From: an uncultured Fibrobacterota bacterium
GTDB taxonomy: Bacteria > Fibrobacterota > Fibrobacteria > UBA5070
Length of the DNA stretch: 54,975 nucleotides
Assembly: GCA_903825275.1 (NCBI GenBank)
Contig: CAIKAA010000431.1
Coordinates: forward strand, 1-54,975
Reading direction: 5' to 3'
Made by a program: the position numbers and the translations under genes
Shown: piece after piece, positions 52,251-54,975 of the stretch
Layout: each line of letters opens with the position of its first letter
Position numbering within the stretch: position 1 is the stretch's first letter
Notes under the pieces: model-generated
What the model was told of the DNA's origin: nothing
What the model saw: the letters and a program-made list of their open reading frames with translations, nothing else
The model's database searches: none

Positions 52251-53209
52251 AGACCGCCACCTGGAAAGAATTGTTCGGCCTCAAGGAAGTGCGCAATTTC
52301 CTGACCGGAGCGGTGCTGGTCGCCAGCGGCATCATCTTCGCCACTGCCACCGTCACCTATTTGCTCCACAACGACTTTTTGGAAAGCAAGTACACCGTTT
52401 ACGCCTTGTTCGACGACGGAACGGGAATGTCCCGGGGCGCCAAGGTCTTGTTGAACGGCGTTCAAGTTGGAACCGTGAGTGGAGTCAGTTTGACCACCGA
52501 TTCCCGGGTGGTCCTCGCTCTGGAACTCCAACTCAAGTACCAGAATTTGATCCGTCGCCACAGTGTGGCCTATTTCAAACGCGACCGCAACATGGTTTCC
52601 GACCGGGTTCTCAACATCGAAAAAGGCAACCAGACCGACCCCATGTTGCGCGCGGGCGACACCTTGTCGTTGGCGACACCGCAGGACATCGAAACCGCAT
52701 TGGGCGGACTGGCCACGCTCACCACCCAGTTTCGCATGACCTTGACCCGCGTCGATTCGCTGTTGCACATGGTCACCGACACCCACACCACCATTGGCGC
52801 CGTTTTGGTGAAAGACGATCTGTACCGCAAGACCCTTCGGACCGTCGAAGCCATCGACCGGGTCTCTCAAAAGAGCGAAGGCACGATTGAACGGCTCGAC
52901 CAGATCGGCGCGGTGGCCCAAAAGACCATCCCCCATATTCTGGAACAATCCGATTCATTGGCCGCAAGTCTTTACCGGACCGCGCAAAATGCCGACACGA
53001 TGGGTTCGATCGGCGTCAACCTGCTACGGCGCAGCGACACCATCACCACCCAGGTGAAGGGCTTGACAGAAAATGGCTCCAAGTTGATCGATCGAGGCCA
53101 GGGGATGCTAGATGGGGTCGAAAACCATTGGCTGACGGGCCGAATCGTGAAGAGTGGCAAAAAGCCCTCCGAAAAGAAAACCGCCCCGGAAGACTCCACC
53201 AAAAAGTGA
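52247..53209 (+). CDS. mlaD: MlaD/MCE-domain protein
   Basis: N-terminal TM helix, then YTVYALFDDGTGMSRGAKVLLNGVQVGTVSGVSL (MCE core), and a long helical C-terminus. ATGA overlap with mlaF. Confidence 0.8.
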   Translation: MKTATWKELFGLKEVRNFLTGAVLVASGIIFATATVTYLLHNDFLESKYTVYALFDDGTGMSRGAKVLLNGVQVGTVSGVSLTTDSRVVLALELQLKYQNLIRRHSVAYFKRDRNMVSDRVLNIEKGNQTDPMLRAGDTLSLATPQDIETALGGLATLTTQFRMTLTRVDSLLHMVTDTHTTIGAVLVKDDLYRKTLRTVEAIDRVSQKSEGTIERLDQIGAVAQKTIPHILEQSDSLAASLYRTAQNADTMGSIGVNLLRRSDTITTQVKGLTENGSKLIDRGQGMLDGVENHWLTGRIVKSGKKPSEKKTAPEDSTKK

Positions 53210-53271
53210 TTGGAAGGCGATTCGCTTCCGACCAAGCCGTGTCGGGAAGCGAGGGTCGGCAAGACCTTGCT

Positions 53272-54975
53272 TCAAGGAAGGTGCACCTCATGGGGAGAAA
53301 CCCGCGAGGGGCCTTCTTGTGGCATCGGTTTTTCCAAAAGCGCCCGAATTTTTGCCACATCCGGGTGAGTGATTCCGGCCTTTTCCAGCTGATTAAAATC
53401 ATTCAGAAAAATTTGGGTGTAAGGAACCTCTTCCTTTCCAAGTCCGTCTTTCATGCGCAAATAAATGGCTTCGGCCTCAGAGTATTTTCCTTGAAATATC
53501 AGGGCATGAGCGATGTTGGCCTCGATCCACGCCGCGCTCGACGAATGGTGACGTTGGTCGGCCATGGCCATGGCAAACTTCCCGATGGAGTCTGCCTCCT
53601 TGAATTTACGGGCAAACAGGTACGCCCAGGATAAAGTGCCATAGCTCTGGATCAATGCCCCTGCGGAATTGGACAATGACTTGAAGGCAATCGAATCCTT
53701 TTGGAAAGCCGAATAGAACCGATCTTTTGACCCTTCCGCAAAAAAGACCTTTTCACTGGGGATGTCGGAACAGGAAATCGCGTACCTGAAGGCGGCTCCC
53801 GCAGAGTACAACTGTTGCGGATCCCCAGAAACCTGGTAGATGCTGTCGTGAATTTTCGCAGATTCTCGCAAATGAAGGATGCCTTTTTCGGATTGCCCCA
53901 GATGGCATTCGAGGGAGCCAATGGTCATAAGCGATTGACTTAAATGTATGGCGCTTTTTTGCTCGCCTTGGTATCGCCGTGCGAGGTCGCGATCCAAGGG
54001 AAGTTTTTTTTGAAGGAACTCAAAAGCCTTTACGGAATCCTTTGAGATTAAGAATTGAGTACTCACGCGAGCGTACCAAGAAACGAGATCCCCTTCACGT
54101 TGGATATTGGTAGAATCAAGCCGAAATAAATTCTCAACAATCGGGATTGCTCTTTGGTAGATTTGAGCGGCACCGAAAGGATCGCCTTGGCGTCCGATGT
54201 GGCCTCCTAGCTGGGAACAGGAGGCAACGAAATTTTCTTCCCAATCAATATTTGTCGAGTCACTGGCAAATATTTCCTCGGCAATCTGGTAGCGATTTTG
54301 GTAACAATCCTGAGCCTTGACCTGATAACCTTGCATATGGTACATTAGGCCCAGTTGGGAATAAGAATTGGCCAAATTGGTTTTTGCGATTAGGTTTCGA
54401 GGATTTTCTCGGACCAACTCCTGGGCAATTTGAAATCTCATTTGAGTAAATTCTTCCGATTTTGTCGCATCCCCTTCCGAGTTGGATAGAATCGCCATCT
54501 CACCGTAGGTCTCTGCCAATCCGATTTTCAAATTTTGGTTTTTGGGGTTGAACCGAATCAATTCATCAACCAGTCGTTTTCGTTCCTCGACCGACTTTTT
54601 GATATTTTGGCGATCTCTGAATTGCAACTGAAATTCGATGAGCTGTCCCAGTGCCCAAAACAATCCATTTTCCAAATTCTGATTCTTCGGATCATCCCGA
54701 TGTAATTCTTCAAATAATTGCCGATTTTCATGGCACCACTTCGCCATTCCGGCGGAGTCCCCGTTTAGCTGGGCTAGAAAACCTAATTGACCAGCTGATA
54801 GTGCAAGGCTTTGCTTTGCGGCGATGCTTCGAGGATCCTTCTGGAGGAGTTCCTGATATAGATCGATCCCTTGTTGGAAATATTCCTTAGAAATCCTCAA
54901 TTTTCTTTGACGAAGAAAACAATTACCCATTTGCCTTGCGAAACTTGCCCTCTTGTATTTCTGAAAATCGTTCAG
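53272..54975 (-). CDS. Repeat protein with long TPR-like repeats (N-terminus outside the window)
   Basis: The listed ORF 53272..54930 stays open upstream to the window edge (...LNDFQKYKRASFARQ-MGNCFL...). At least six tandem units of roughly 47 aa follow the pattern [YF]x3-4 L x2 EL x3 DP x N x6 LA x SY x2 LG. GC content is clearly below the rest of the window. Confidence 0.75.
   Translation of the reverse strand: MNDFQKYKRASFARQMGNCFLRQRKLRISKEYFQQGIDLYQELLQKDPRSIAAKQSLALSAGQLGFLAQLNGDSAGMAKWCHENRQLFEELHRDDPKNQNLENGLFWALGQLIEFQLQFRDRQNIKKSVEERKRLVDELIRFNPKNQNLKIGLAETYGEMAILSNSEGDATKSEEFTQMRFQIAQELVRENPRNLIAKTNLANSYSQLGLMYHMQGYQVKAQDCYQNRYQIAEEIFASDSTNIDWEENFVASCSQLGGHIGRQGDPFGAAQIYQRAIPIVENLFRLDSTNIQREGDLVSWYARVSTQFLISKDSVKAFEFLQKKLPLDRDLARRYQGEQKSAIHLSQSLMTIGSLECHLGQSEKGILHLRESAKIHDSIYQVSGDPQQLYSAGAAFRYAISCSDIPSEKVFFAEGSKDRFYSAFQKDSIAFKSLSNSAGALIQSYGTLSWAYLFARKFKEADSIGKFAMAMADQRHHSSSAAWIEANIAHALIFQGKYSEAEAIYLRMKDGLGKEEVPYTQIFLNDFNQLEKAGITHPDVAKIRALLEKPMPQEGPSRVSPHEVHLP

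Noticed and set aside
53223-53251. Hairpin CGCTTCCGAC-N8-GTCGGGAAGCG between mlaD and the TPR gene as a bidirectional terminator.
   Set aside because: The stem has a bulge and there is no U-tract on either strand. It may stabilise the 3' ends, but I cannot support calling it an intrinsic terminator.

Overview
High-GC bacterial chromosome segment (about 55-60% GC by hand counts), densely packed and mostly housekeeping. I call about 50 CDS, one tRNA-Leu(CAA), one clear sigma70-type promoter and one clear intrinsic terminator. I found no rRNA, CRISPR array, transposase, integrase or prophage genes.

Recognisable genes:
- Information processing and repair: a Fur-family regulator (partial), rsmA, glnD, argS, rsfS, rnr, rimI, ruvX, ung, miaB, recR, engB.
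- Metabolism: panD, nadE, adk, nnr, a UshA/NadN-type 5'-nucleotidase.
- Transport: a ZnuABC-like metal importer, and two separate Mla-type modules (an orphan mlaE at 4.6 kb; mlaE-F-D at 50.5-53.2 kb).
- Envelope and surface: a secreted GH5-CBM6 cellulase with a Por/T9SS-like C-terminal domain, and a roughly 9-kb glycan-assembly locus at 39.9-48.8 kb. That locus holds three GT2 genes, two GT-C-like membrane proteins, an acyltransferase, a FemAB/GNAT-like gene and a flippase.

The cellulase architecture and a 949-aa FGE-like/propeller lipoprotein suggest a Fibrobacterota/FCB-group organism. This is inference only.

No canonical defence system is visible. The best candidates for undescribed biology are:
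1. An unrecognisable lipoprotein plus beta-barrel pair, tightly linked to an orphan MlaE permease (1.6-5.4 kb).
2. The glycan locus, with twin GT-C-like membrane proteins and a FemAB-like enzyme.
3. A sharp GC drop at 53.3 kb into a truncated protein of long TPR-like repeats. This looks like the sensor arm of a STAND-type protein whose N-terminus lies outside the window.

Smaller oddities:
- A histone-H1-like Lys/Ala-repeat protein.
- An orphan antitoxin-like gene.
- G10 and G8 tracts on a Cys-nucleophile alpha/beta hydrolase.
- REP-like TGCCGGCA repeats.
- An unannotated 46-aa lipoprotein ORF.
- Fifteen 4-nt start/stop overlaps that couple functionally unrelated genes.

All family assignments come from motif reading by eye, not from searches.
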